A stretch of DNA of 64,000 nucleotides, taken from positions 6,910 to 70,909 of the forward strand of contig JAJRQO010000022.1 of NCBI GenBank assembly GCA_024280215.1, written 5' to 3'. The notes below the pieces were generated by a model. The model did no database searches. It was not told the origin of the DNA and saw only the letters and a program-made list of their open reading frames with translations. Shown in pieces: positions 10,063-20,529 of this stretch (position 1 is its first letter; the number at the start of each line of letters is the position of its first letter). The position numbers were made by a program, and so were the translations under genes. The DNA comes from Candidatus Zixiibacteriota bacterium (GTDB lineage Bacteria; Zixibacteria; MSB-5A5; GN15; FEB-12).

Positions 10063-12435
10063 CTATTTTTTTCGTTTACCTCTACCAAATGACATACTTT
10101 CAACAGCAAAGTCATTTTTTTCAATAACCTTTGGTGTTGTCTCAACTTCTTCAATTTTATCGGGTTTCGTCGATGGTTTTGCTGTACTACGTTTGGCTGA
10201 TTTTCGTCCAAATGAAATTTCTGCTTTAGGCTCATCAGATTTTTCAGCGATTACTTCTGTCTGAACAGGTGTGGTCTTGACTTCAACTTTTGGTTGTTTC
10301 GTTTCGACAATAGTATCAGAAGTATCAGACTCAATACTTTCAGTTTTGATAGGTTTGAGTACTTCAGGTGGAGTGATTTTAACAGGTTTCAAAACCTCAG
10401 GTGGCGTGATATTATTACGAGTTGGATTTGATTTGGTCTCTTCAGCAACAAAGTCGATTTTTGTAAACGAATCTTCATTGACAACAGGGCTATCATCCAT
10501 AACAGGTTTTTCAACTTTTGGAGGAGTTGGAGGGGCTTGTAATGATTCTTTTTCCCGCATGAGATTAAGTTGTGCGGCTATTTTAGCACGTTCCCGTTCG
10601 ATAGTATCTTTAGATAATATTGCGGTTGCTTTTGTAATTGCGGTATCTTCATCGGTAGATAGCACTGGTTCATTCATCTTTTCCTCAACCAGTGGAGCTG
10701 GTTGCTCCTTCTTTGCGACATTGCTAAAAGGAAGAGGTGGAACTTCAATTTTATGAATCACTGGCAATGGTGGGACTTCAATCTTATGAATGACAGGTTT
10801 TGGTTTGTCAGTTTTCTTTTGCGTTTTAATAGGAGTAGAAGGTTTTGAAATCTCTTTTTTCGAGCTATGTGATAATTTGGTAGACTTCAATTCTTTTTTT
10901 ACAATTGGTGATTTATGTTTTTTCTGTTCAGATTTAACTGGAGTATTGTTGCTATTACTGTTTTCTGGTTCTGTAAAAGCGTTTGTATCAGGAGAGATCT
11001 GAAATGGTGATTTAGTATTTTTCAGAGGAGTCACTTTTTTAACATGCTCTTTTGTCTTTTTTCTCTCATTTTGTGTTTTAGACTGAGCATCAACTTTGTT
11101 TACTCTTTTTGTACGTGGATGGTCTGACTTATAATTCGATTTTTCATGAGGAGTTCTTGGCTTGTTTTTATTATACGTACGTTTTACTGGAATCGCTGCT
11201 TTGGCAGAGCGAGCAGTTTTAAAATCAAAAGTATTACCGATAACTGCCACACCGACCGCATCAGACCATACATCTACAATAGCACGAATCCGACCAAAGA
11301 GAAAATCAACTAAGACGAGTATACCAAGTCCAGCGGTTACATGGATTGGGAAATTTGCTATATCTAATACAAGGGCTAATATAAATAAGGAAGCATAAGG
11401 AATAAATGAAGTGAATGATGCGATTAAAAAAGAACCACCAATGACAACAAATATTTGTCCTACACTTATTGACAAGCCGTATAGTTGTGCTATAAAAATT
11501 GTTGAAGCGGATAAAAAGAGTGCCGTCCCAGAAGCATTGAACAATGCTCCAAGTGGCAAGACAAAGGAAGATGCTCTTGGATCTACCGATGTTGACTTTA
11601 CACATTCTTCTGTAATTGGGAGAGTTGCTATTGCAGAGTCAGTTGCAAAAACAGTTGCTAAGGCTGGCATCAATGATGTGAAATATTTATATGGAGAAAC
11701 ATTGCCAAACATCTTTGCAATAACAGGTAAAATAACCAAAGCAAAAAATGATAAACCAAAAATTATTGTAATTGAAAATAAAGCAAGTGAGCTAAAAAGC
11801 ATTTGACTGTTTTGCCAGTTTTGAGCAAACAAGGTTCCCACAAGAGAAAAGAGTCCAAGTGGTGCGATATAGAAAATTACAGTAAGAACTTGTGAGAACA
11901 TTTCCTTTAAAGAAAGGAAGAAATCTAAGACAACTCTGTTTTTCTTATCTATATTTGTTAAAACAGTTCCAAGTAGAAAAGCAAAAAGAACAACTGCTAA
12001 AAACTGCATCTCAATCGACGCAGAGAGGAAATTATCAGGAATAAACCGACCGAATAAATTGTTGAATGAGAATGAGCTAAGATGCGGAACGATTTCTTCA
12101 GGGATATGAGCACCGTCTTTGATGCCATTGACTCCAGGTTCAACGACTAATGCAAGAATAACGCCTACTAATGATGCTGTTAATGATGTTGCTACAAAAT
12201 ACAATGATGTTTTACCAAGGGTTCGTTTGATTTTGTCTTTTGAGCCCATGGATGATATTCCTGCGATTATCATAGTAATGGCAAACGGAATAGTGATAAT
12301 TTTTAAACTGTTTAAAAAGAGTTTACCGATAAAAGAAATTGAAAGCATAAAGTCAGGTACAAAATAGCCTAACACTCCACCCAGTATAACTGCTGAGAGT
12401 GTGATAATAAGTAACAGAGGTGATAATTTGTTCAT
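10063..12435 (-). CDS. Dicarboxylate/amino acid:cation symporter (SDF/GltP family) fused to a ~380-aa Lys/Pro/Thr/Glu-rich C-terminal tail
   Basis: The first ~410 aa carry SDF motifs (DSAIATLPIT, FNASGTALF, VDVWSDAVGVAV). The remainder is low-complexity basic sequence with internal 11-aa duplications. Confidence 0.8.
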   Translation of the reverse strand: MNKLSPLLLIITLSAVILGGVLGYFVPDFMLSISFIGKLFLNSLKIITIPFAITMIIAGISSMGSKDKIKRTLGKTSLYFVATSLTASLVGVILALVVEPGVNGIKDGAHIPEEIVPHLSSFSFNNLFGRFIPDNFLSASIEMQFLAVVLFAFLLGTVLTNIDKKNRVVLDFFLSLKEMFSQVLTVIFYIAPLGLFSLVGTLFAQNWQNSQMLFSSLALFSITIIFGLSFFALVILPVIAKMFGNVSPYKYFTSLMPALATVFATDSAIATLPITEECVKSTSVDPRASSFVLPLGALFNASGTALFLSASTIFIAQLYGLSISVGQIFVVIGGSFLIASFTSFIPYASLFILALVLDIANFPIHVTAGLGILVLVDFLFGRIRAIVDVWSDAVGVAVIGNTFDFKTARSAKAAIPVKRTYNKNKPRTPHEKSNYKSDHPRTKRVNKVDAQSKTQNERKKTKEHVKKVTPLKNTKSPFQISPDTNAFTEPENSNSNNTPVKSEQKKHKSPIVKKELKSTKLSHSSKKEISKPSTPIKTQKKTDKPKPVIHKIEVPPLPVIHKIEVPPLPFSNVAKKEQPAPLVEEKMNEPVLSTDEDTAITKATAILSKDTIERERAKIAAQLNLMREKESLQAPPTPPKVEKPVMDDSPVVNEDSFTKIDFVAEETKSNPTRNNITPPEVLKPVKITPPEVLKPIKTESIESDTSDTIVETKQPKVEVKTTPVQTEVIAEKSDEPKAEISFGRKSAKRSTAKPSTKPDKIEEVETTPKVIEKNDFAVESMSFGRGKRKK
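10345..10410 (-). repeat. Tandem 2 x 33-bp in-frame duplication (ITPPEVLKP[VI]K x2) within the transporter tail
   Basis: Units 10345-10377 and 10378-10410, compared directly; they differ at several positions. Confidence 0.85.
10736..10801 (-). repeat. Tandem 2 x 33-bp in-frame duplication (PVIHKIEVPPL x2) within the transporter tail
   Basis: Units 10736-10768 and 10769-10801, compared directly; near-identical. Confidence 0.85.
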
Positions 12436-12878
12436 ACAACCCTACCAATTTTCCGGTCGACTCCATATTGATTAAACCGGTTTTATTTTACTATACGGTT
12501 GCTAAAACTCTTTGAACTTCTATTCTAAAAAGAAAACTATCTTTTTTGTGCCGTCGTTTCTATATTTTATATAAAAAGAGTTTTTCACACCGCAATTAAT
12601 TTTTGTACGAGCAATTCTGTTGGAGTCATTTATTCAATGTTATTTGGTTTTGAATTCTGTCGAAATTTTCAGATCAGATTCTCTGCTCGTATCATACATC
12701 TTATCAAGATAAAAATAGATAGGGATATTCGCAATAACTATTTCATAATATATTGTAAGTTGTTCTAATACGGTAAGATGCGAGTTGCAATATGAAGACG
12801 AATGAATTGCTAAATGGTATCTTTTTAAATACTTTAAACAAGTGATTGATATATTTCTGTTTAAACGTATATTTTGAT

Positions 12879-14210
12879 ATGGATTTATTTCAGAAAAAAG
12901 GAAAATTGACAGCTAAAGATGCTGCACAATATGTCCCCTTAGCAGAGCGGATGAGGCCAACTAATTTTGAACAATTCTTTGGTCAAACAAAGATTATCGG
13001 TGAAGGGACACCTCTTCGCCAGGCTATCGAAACCGACCAGATTTCATCCTTTATCTTTTGGGGGCCACCAGGAACGGGTAAAACAACAATCGCAAAACTG
13101 ATGGCTCAGGCAACAAAAGGGCAGTTTTTGTCATTTTCTGCAGTTATTTCAGGGATTAAAGAACTCAAAGCGGTTTTTTTGAAAGCTGGCGATTATTATA
13201 AACTGTCAGGGCGAAAGACTTATTTGTTTATTGATGAAATCCATCGATTTAATAAAGCTCAACAGGATGCATTTTTACCATATGTTGAAAATGGGGAAAT
13301 TGTACTCATTGGGGCGACGACTGAAAACCCATCTTTTGAAATAAATTCCGCTCTTTTATCAAGAATGAGGGTTTTTGTTTTAGAACGGCTCACAGAAAAA
13401 GAGCTTTCAGATATTATATTGATGGCTCTGAATGATTCAGAGCGAGGTTTAGGGGAGTCATCTCTTACCATTGAAGATGATGCCTTGGCGTTTATAGCTC
13501 AAACTGCCGATGGAGACGCTCGCCGTGGGCTTGTTTTGTTGGATACCGTGGCGAAATTTGTTGGAGAGAAAGCGATGATTACACTTGATTCACTCAAACA
13601 AATACATCAGAAATCATTCGCTCTCTATGATAAAACAGGAGAAGAACATTATAACCTGATTTCAGTTTTGCATAAAACTATCCGAGGTGGTGATCCAGAT
13701 GCTGCTTTGTATTGGTTGGCGAGGATGCTTGATGGGGGTGAGGAACCAAAATATATTATTAGACGGTTAGTGCGTTTTGCTTCTGAAGATATTGGGCTTG
13801 CTGATCCATATGCATTAACTTTGACTCTTGCTGTTAGAGATGCCTATCATTTTCTTGGTTCACCAGAGGGTGAACTTGCTATTGCTCAAGCAGTTGTATA
13901 TATGGCAACGGCTCCAAAATCAAATGCCGTCTACACCGCATTTAAAAAAGCACAAATCGACGCATCCACAAAAGGTTCATTACCAGTTCCTCATGGATTA
14001 CGTAATGCGCCGACATCTTTGATGAAAGATTTAGGCTATGGTAAGAATTATCAATATGCTCATGAATTTGAAGATGGTATCACAAGTCAGGAATATTTCC
14101 CTGATGCATTAGTTGGCAAAAGCTATTACAAGCCTACTAAAAAAGGGCGGGAAAAAACTATTGCTGAATATCTTAAATGGTATAAACAATCTCGTAAAAA
14201 TAAGAAGTAA
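12879..14210 (+). CDS. rarA: Replication-associated recombination protein A (AAA+ ATPase RarA/MgsA)
   Basis: Walker A GPPGTGKTT, Walker B LFIDEIHRFNK, and the MgsA C-terminal region (RGGDPDAALYWLARML, YIIRRL). The ATG at 12879 is preferred over the TTG at 12846. Confidence 0.9.
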   Translation: MDLFQKKGKLTAKDAAQYVPLAERMRPTNFEQFFGQTKIIGEGTPLRQAIETDQISSFIFWGPPGTGKTTIAKLMAQATKGQFLSFSAVISGIKELKAVFLKAGDYYKLSGRKTYLFIDEIHRFNKAQQDAFLPYVENGEIVLIGATTENPSFEINSALLSRMRVFVLERLTEKELSDIILMALNDSERGLGESSLTIEDDALAFIAQTADGDARRGLVLLDTVAKFVGEKAMITLDSLKQIHQKSFALYDKTGEEHYNLISVLHKTIRGGDPDAALYWLARMLDGGEEPKYIIRRLVRFASEDIGLADPYALTLTLAVRDAYHFLGSPEGELAIAQAVVYMATAPKSNAVYTAFKKAQIDASTKGSLPVPHGLRNAPTSLMKDLGYGKNYQYAHEFEDGITSQEYFPDALVGKSYYKPTKKGREKTIAEYLKWYKQSRKNKK

Positions 14211-14367
14211 AAATCTTCTTTTAGATAGTTTTACTGTCTCCTAATTATCTTTTAAATCAAATAATTACAATGAGTTATGAACTAAACTAATCTCTGTTGA
14301 TGCCGATAAATAGAGAGCGGATGAAACTTACTGTAAACTATATGTACATCAATTCTGGTCAAAGATT

Positions 14368-17300
14368 TTGATGGGGAACATGATTTGGTTTGGAATGAAA
14401 CAACAAGAAGATAAATCAGATAAAAAACACCAAAATAGCCATATAAGAGAAGTTCTTCTAATCGGTCTCTTGTGCATAGTTTTATATTATATTTCTACAA
14501 TATATAGTTTACACGACAAACTTGATGCAGTCGTATATACTTATACCTATCTAAATTTTGATGAACTCTTTTATTTTTCTATGTTTATAGTTTTTGGTTT
14601 AGGAATGTTTATTTTTAGGCGTTTCCGAGAGATGCAAGCTCAAACTACAAGCTTATTTTTCTCAAGAATAAAACTTCAAAAGGAAGTCGAAGAACGAAAA
14701 AAAATAGAAGAGTATCTTAGAGTTCAAGAGAATTTTTCAAGAAATATTATACAACTCATCAAAAAATTAGAATATGCTAATTCATATAATGAAATTCTCG
14801 ATGTGACCAAGCAGACACTTCTTGATGTTATGGGATATAAAACAGCTTGGTTCTATCAATTTTCTGAAGATAGGCAAACAGCAGAACTTATTTTTTCAGA
14901 AAAAAATCCTCTCTTTATCAAACAACAAGAAATGTTACAGGTCAATATTTTATCTGATTCATATTATTCTCAAATAGCCAATGCTTCAGAAATCAGTGTT
15001 ATAGATGATGCCATCACAGATGAGTCGACATCTCAAAAATCTTTTATAAAAGATTTGAAAATAAGAACCTTAGTACATATTCCTCTTTTTCTCAGTAATA
15101 AGTCTATTGGACTATTGGGTACAGGTACATTTCGTAGGCAAGGAATTAAGAAACCAAACAAAGTAGAACTTGAGTTTCTGAAAAATTTAAGCGGGCATGT
15201 TGCATTAGCAATTAATCGACTTCAACTTCAAGAAAAAAGAACAGAAGTAGAAGATGCTCTCAAGAATTCAGAAGAAAAATATAGAATTCTCATTGATCAA
15301 TCTGCGGATGCTATTTATTTACACGAAGATGGAAAGTATGAAATTGTCAATAATAAGTTTATAGAACTTTTTGGCATAACCTATGAAGAAGTAATCTCTC
15401 AACAATTTTCTCTATTGAAATATACACACCCTAAATCAATTGCAATGATGAGAGAGAGACGTGACAAAGTTAAAGCAGGTATAGAAGTTCCTAATATTTA
15501 TGAGTTTACCGCACTGACCAAAGAGAAAAAAGAAATTGAAATTGAAGCATCGATTTCTTATATCTACAATGAAGGAAAAATAAAAACCCAAGGTATTTTA
15601 AGAAATATAAGTAAACGAAAAAGGGCTGAAAGTATTCAGTCGACGATATTTCAAATTTCTGAGGCAGCTAATCTCACTGACAATTTAGATGATTTAATTT
15701 CAAGAATTCATTTAATAGTTAAGTCAGTTATGTATGCGGAAAATCTCTTTGTTGAAATTTATGATAAAAATACGGATATGTATACTTCCGTATATTTTGT
15801 CGATCAGTTTGATGAAATAGAAGAAAAAACAATGAGCTTGAAAGGTTCTCTTACTGACTATGTAAGAAGGATTGAAAAAGCAGTAATTATTAATGACACA
15901 CTACATGCCGAACTTGTTAAAGCTGGAGAAGCAAAATATATATTAAAGCCATCCAAAGTATGGATGGGAGCTCCTCTGAAAACTCCATTTGGAGTCATTG
16001 GCGTTATTGCGGTTCAAAGTTATGAAAATCCAAATTTATATACATCTGAAGACCCTGAACTTCTTAATTTAATTTCCGGTCAGATAGCAATAGCGATTGA
16101 AAAGAAAAGAGTAGATGAGGAGAAAGAAAATAATAATAAATTTTTCAAATTGGTTATAGACTCATTATCTAACCCTCTCTATGTAATAAATGCTGATGAT
16201 TACACGGTTGCTATTGCCAATGACGCTGCGAAGCGTATAATTTTTAAGAATGATTCATTTGATAAACATTGTTATCAGTTGATAGGTGGTAATAATCAAC
16301 CGTGCGAAACAAAAAAACATTCATGTTCATTAAAGAATCTTCTACAAGCAAAAAAAGCACTTAAATTTGAACAAACTGTTGTTGATAAAGACAATGTAGA
16401 ATCATTTTATGAAGTTCATTCAGCTCCGATTTATGATGATTCAGGTAAAATTATTCAAATGATTGAAAATTTTGTTGATATTACTGAAAGAAAACGAAAT
16501 GAAAATAAATTGGTTGAACTTGCTGTCTTCCCAGAAGCAAATCCGAATATTGTTTTAAGTCTTAATAGCAAACAAGAAATTACATATATGAATTCTGCGA
16601 CCTCGATTATTTTAGGGGATATAGGGATTTCAAGAGAGAAAATGTCTTTCTGTTTACCTGAAAATTTAAAAGATTTAATTGAGATTATGCTAAAAGAAAA
16701 TTCTGGCATGCAAAATATTCGTGTGAATGTAAATGATCATATCCTTTCATGGTCATTTCACCCAGTAGTTGGACAAGATATTATACATTGTTATGCTAAT
16801 GATATAACTCAGGAAGTTTTACAAACCGAAGAGATCAATAAACTTTCAACTGTTGCTACTCAATCGTCTAATATTGTTATGATAACTAATCTCGATGGTG
16901 TCATCGAGTATGTTAACCCATATTTTACTTTTGTTACTGGTTATGAAAGTGAAGAGGTCGTTGGGGATAAGGCAAGTATTATCAGGTCTGGTGCTACATC
17001 CAAAGAATTATATTCTGATTTATGGAACTCTATTACCAAAGGAATTACTTGGACAGGTAAAATAGAAAACCGTAAAAAGAATGGTGATCTTTACTGGGAA
17101 AGTAAAACAATTTCACCTATTACTAATGAGAATGATGAGACGATTAGTTATATTTCTGTCGGAAGTGATATTACAAATGAGTTAAAAACTCAGCAACAAT
17201 TAATTGAATCAGAAAAACATTCAGCAATAGCAACTCTTGCTGCGGGAGTGGCACATGAATTTAAAAATTATTTAGGTGGAATAATTGGAAATGCATCATT

Positions 17301-18297
17301 TTCTTTGGATGAAATAGATTCAGATGATGGTCTTGAATTAGCTAAAGAAACGTTCGTGAAAATTATTGAAATGGGTGAAAAAGCAAATGATGTTGCTATG
17401 TCTCTGCTAACATTCTCAAAAGCAAAATCAGATGATCGAAAAAAAGAAGATTTGAAAAAAATAATTGAACAGTCGATTAAGTTAGTTGAAAAAGAATTGG
17501 ACACTCTCTCTATTGAAATTGCTACCTACTTTGAAGATATACCAACAGTTGAAATATCGCTATCAAAAATTCAACAACTACTTTTAAATCTCTTTATCAA
17601 CGCCAAACATGCAATAGGACAAAATGGAGTTATTACCATTGCCCTACTTCAAAAAGATGGTTTTGTTGAGATTCGTGTTGGAGATTCGGGTGGTGGTATT
17701 GAAAAAGAACATTGCGATAAAATATTTGATCCATTTTTCTCAACCAAAGGTGTCTGGGGAGAAGATGAGGTAACGGGTACGGGGATGGGACTTTCTATCT
17801 GTCGAAATATTGCTCGAGAACATAATGGGGATTTAACAGTCGATACTGTCTTGGGTGTTGGTTCTGCTTTTACGATTACTTTACCAATAACTCAAAATAT
17901 AGATATTAAACATCAGGTAGTAAAACATACAGACGAAAACTATGTGATTTTCTTTACTCTTAACCATGCTATCGTAAAGTATTACTATGAGGATGTTTGC
18001 AACTCGCATCTTCAATTTCTCTTAATAGACAACTTTGATAAAATGGCTGAATCCATTATCAAAAAGACGGCGTATGTTATATGTGATGCTCGTTTCTCGG
18101 CAAAGCTGGAATTGTATCGCATGGTAGAATTTTGCCTAAAACATAACCAACCATATGTATTAGTAAACTGTGGTACGATGGAATATCAACTGACAGATCT
18201 TTATGAGAATTCTGTCGCTAACTATAAAGAGATTCCTGATTTCTACAAACTTATGACTGATTTTGAATCATCAGTAATTGAATCGAAATCAAATTAA
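14368..18297 (+). CDS. Multi-domain sensor histidine kinase (TM - GAF - PAS - GAF - PAS x3 - HisKA - HATPase_c - degenerate receiver-like tail)
   Basis: 1309 aa. N-terminal TM helices. H-box AGVAHEFKNYLGGI, N-box LLLNLFINAKHA, G-boxes DSGGGI and GTGMGLS. About 130 aa with a receiver-like beta/alpha pattern follow the ATPase domain. Confidence 0.85.
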   Translation: MMGNMIWFGMKQQEDKSDKKHQNSHIREVLLIGLLCIVLYYISTIYSLHDKLDAVVYTYTYLNFDELFYFSMFIVFGLGMFIFRRFREMQAQTTSLFFSRIKLQKEVEERKKIEEYLRVQENFSRNIIQLIKKLEYANSYNEILDVTKQTLLDVMGYKTAWFYQFSEDRQTAELIFSEKNPLFIKQQEMLQVNILSDSYYSQIANASEISVIDDAITDESTSQKSFIKDLKIRTLVHIPLFLSNKSIGLLGTGTFRRQGIKKPNKVELEFLKNLSGHVALAINRLQLQEKRTEVEDALKNSEEKYRILIDQSADAIYLHEDGKYEIVNNKFIELFGITYEEVISQQFSLLKYTHPKSIAMMRERRDKVKAGIEVPNIYEFTALTKEKKEIEIEASISYIYNEGKIKTQGILRNISKRKRAESIQSTIFQISEAANLTDNLDDLISRIHLIVKSVMYAENLFVEIYDKNTDMYTSVYFVDQFDEIEEKTMSLKGSLTDYVRRIEKAVIINDTLHAELVKAGEAKYILKPSKVWMGAPLKTPFGVIGVIAVQSYENPNLYTSEDPELLNLISGQIAIAIEKKRVDEEKENNNKFFKLVIDSLSNPLYVINADDYTVAIANDAAKRIIFKNDSFDKHCYQLIGGNNQPCETKKHSCSLKNLLQAKKALKFEQTVVDKDNVESFYEVHSAPIYDDSGKIIQMIENFVDITERKRNENKLVELAVFPEANPNIVLSLNSKQEITYMNSATSIILGDIGISREKMSFCLPENLKDLIEIMLKENSGMQNIRVNVNDHILSWSFHPVVGQDIIHCYANDITQEVLQTEEINKLSTVATQSSNIVMITNLDGVIEYVNPYFTFVTGYESEEVVGDKASIIRSGATSKELYSDLWNSITKGITWTGKIENRKKNGDLYWESKTISPITNENDETISYISVGSDITNELKTQQQLIESEKHSAIATLAAGVAHEFKNYLGGIIGNASFSLDEIDSDDGLELAKETFVKIIEMGEKANDVAMSLLTFSKAKSDDRKKEDLKKIIEQSIKLVEKELDTLSIEIATYFEDIPTVEISLSKIQQLLLNLFINAKHAIGQNGVITIALLQKDGFVEIRVGDSGGGIEKEHCDKIFDPFFSTKGVWGEDEVTGTGMGLSICRNIAREHNGDLTVDTVLGVGSAFTITLPITQNIDIKHQVVKHTDENYVIFFTLNHAIVKYYYEDVCNSHLQFLLIDNFDKMAESIIKKTAYVICDARFSAKLELYRMVEFCLKHNQPYVLVNCGTMEYQLTDLYENSVANYKEIPDFYKLMTDFESSVIESKSN

Positions 18298-18304
18298 AAC
18301 TACT

Positions 18305-18883
18305 TTAATCTTCTGTCTCTGGAAAAGTTACTTGTTGAGGTACAATATTTTTGATTATCGGGAGAGTCTTTGTTGACATTTTACCAACGAGCTCATTACC
18401 CAAAATTGAGAAACCAGCATTTTGTAAAGAATCAAGGAATGTTTCAGATTTAAATGGTTCTACAAACAATGTTTGTCTCGGTTTGAGAGAGCTATCAAAT
18501 GAATTTTTGTAAGTCAATTCAAGAGTCTTTTGTTGTTTGTATTCGATTTCATCCATGTTGACATGAACAGATAAAATTCCTATCCCATGAGCATCAGCAT
18601 CAAAACATTCTATAATCGAAATAACATAACGATGGTTGGTTGTAAATAGTTTTAAAAGGAATCTGAGCTTTAAGCCATCTTTTGGTATTTTACAATCAAC
18701 AGATGGGTCAGGGAATGATTCTAAGCACTCTTCCCAATTTTCAGCATTGGGATAGGCGGGGAAATCGAATTGAGAGAGCCAATGTAGAAATACATCCTTT
18801 GTTTGAGCAAAATCAAGAGTCTCCTTAAAGGATTCTTTTATCGCTGATTTAATATTTTCAAGCTTTTGCCTTTTGACATTCAT
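18305..18883 (-). CDS. Hypothetical protein (no recognisable domain)
   Basis: 192-aa ORF convergent with the kinase gene. Its composition looks like a real protein, but I recognise no motif. Confidence 0.4.
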   Translation of the reverse strand: MNVKRQKLENIKSAIKESFKETLDFAQTKDVFLHWLSQFDFPAYPNAENWEECLESFPDPSVDCKIPKDGLKLRFLLKLFTTNHRYVISIIECFDADAHGIGILSVHVNMDEIEYKQQKTLELTYKNSFDSSLKPRQTLFVEPFKSETFLDSLQNAGFSILGNELVGKMSTKTLPIIKNIVPQQVTFPETED

Positions 18884-18957
18884 GAAAAAGTACTCCTTTG
18901 AGTTAATATCGAAAGAAAAAGGAATTAACTTAGTTTAGAATTTCAACAATTATGATC

Positions 18958-20445
18958 CTACTTGTTTTGAATTTTTTCTAAAGCTTTTTTCCTGATGTAA
19001 GAATAGTTTCTATTTGAAACAAGATTGGCATTTGCGGCTTTTTGAAAATAGGATTGAGCTTTTTCGTTATCACCAATTTTTTCATATGCCAAAGCCATTC
19101 GATAAATATTAAACGGGTTGTTCTGATTTGATCTTCTGAAATAATCAATAGCTGATTGATACTTACCCTCTTGATAAGCAAGCATAGCATAAAGTTGGTT
19201 TCCTAAACGAACTAAATTTGGATTGTTTTGGCTTGTAGCATATTCGAAAAATTCATCTATCTTATTGTGAGCATTTGTCGATTTATTTTTTATTATATCA
19301 AGAATGGCAAAATTAATTAAGTTGTTCTTAGAAGCATTGTATTGAATCTGAGAGGAAAGGGATGAGTTTTCTATCAGTTCTTGTGAACTTAAAAAACTTT
19401 TTTCAGCATCATTGACCTTATCCATGGCAATATAAAGAAAACCAAGGTTGATAAGTTCATTTACGATTCTAATTGTATCAGCAGAATTTATTGAGAGTTG
19501 TTTCATCTTACCAGTTACCTTGAGTGCTGCTGCTAAGTTTCCTTCATCAATATATGAGACGATGATTCCTTCATAGGCGATTCTTTTTGTAATGTCATTC
19601 GTTGCTGATTTTAAAAGTTTTTGTAATTGGTTGCGTGCTTGTACATGTTCGTTTTTATAATTTAAATTAGAGGCGATTCCTAAATATGAAAAAGTGAAAT
19701 ATGGATTCACCTGCAATGCCTTTTCATAGTTTGCGATAGATTTATCAAACTTGCCCATTTTCAATAATAATTCGCCGTAGGAGTCATAAGGGTTGGGGTC
19801 ATTTGGAATCAGCTTAATATACTTTTCAAACATTTTTTCAGCTTCATTGTAGTTTTGTAAAAAACGATACGCATAACCCAATTGATTATAGACAGGTGAG
19901 TATTTAGGGTTTATTTCAAGAGCTTTTAAATAATACTTAATAGACTTTTCATACTCCTGTGATACAAAATATGTTGTAGCCATAAAATTAAGTACTCGTT
20001 CATCATTTGGATACAGCAATAACAGCTCTTCTAAAAATGAGCGTGTCGCATCGTTTTGATTATTTATTTGAGCTTCAGCAGCAGAAATCCAAATCTGTTC
20101 CCCTTTGGAAACATACTTTTTTAAACTTGTCGCTTTTGCGATATTTGTAAAAAAGTCATTTGGGTTTTGATTGGCAAAAGCAAGACCGATATACGCCATA
20201 GCAAAATTGGAATCAAGAGTGATTGCTTCTTGGAAGTATGTTACTGCTTCAAGTCCTCGAAGTCTGTCAGATAATGAAAGTCCTTTGAGGTAGAGTTTTT
20301 TTGCTTCTTCAGAATTAGTGGTAATGGGGATTTTCTCCAGTTGTGTAGAACAAGAAACAAAAAATATATTTACGATGAAAATAGCAATCAGGAGATATGA
20401 AATTTTATTTCGATAATTCATAAAAACCTCAATGTATGAGTACAC
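18958..20445 (-). CDS. TPR-repeat lipoprotein
   Basis: Signal sequence plus lipobox-like FFVSC. Many 34-aa TPR-like units (..A..Y..AL.I.P.....Y..LG..Y). The probable true start is Met9 (20421). Confidence 0.75.
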   Translation of the reverse strand: MYSYIEVFMNYRNKISYLLIAIFIVNIFFVSCSTQLEKIPITTNSEEAKKLYLKGLSLSDRLRGLEAVTYFQEAITLDSNFAMAYIGLAFANQNPNDFFTNIAKATSLKKYVSKGEQIWISAAEAQINNQNDATRSFLEELLLLYPNDERVLNFMATTYFVSQEYEKSIKYYLKALEINPKYSPVYNQLGYAYRFLQNYNEAEKMFEKYIKLIPNDPNPYDSYGELLLKMGKFDKSIANYEKALQVNPYFTFSYLGIASNLNYKNEHVQARNQLQKLLKSATNDITKRIAYEGIIVSYIDEGNLAAALKVTGKMKQLSINSADTIRIVNELINLGFLYIAMDKVNDAEKSFLSSQELIENSSLSSQIQYNASKNNLINFAILDIIKNKSTNAHNKIDEFFEYATSQNNPNLVRLGNQLYAMLAYQEGKYQSAIDYFRRSNQNNPFNIYRMALAYEKIGDNEKAQSYFQKAANANLVSNRNYSYIRKKALEKIQNK

Positions 20446-20529
20446 TTTATTTTGTCTAACATATATCTGATTAATAGATTATCAAATATAAAAGAACATA
20501 TAATTCTACGATTATTAAAGTAGAGAGTT

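Noticed and set aside
10271-10756. 161-aa plus-strand ORF antisense to the transporter tail, and other nested antisense ORFs (e.g. 1521-1838, 45267-45695, 53283-53711, 57820-58272, 62976-63335)
   Set aside because: Each lies wholly inside a longer ORF on the opposite strand that has clear family motifs. These are shadow ORFs without starts, RBS or recognisable domains.
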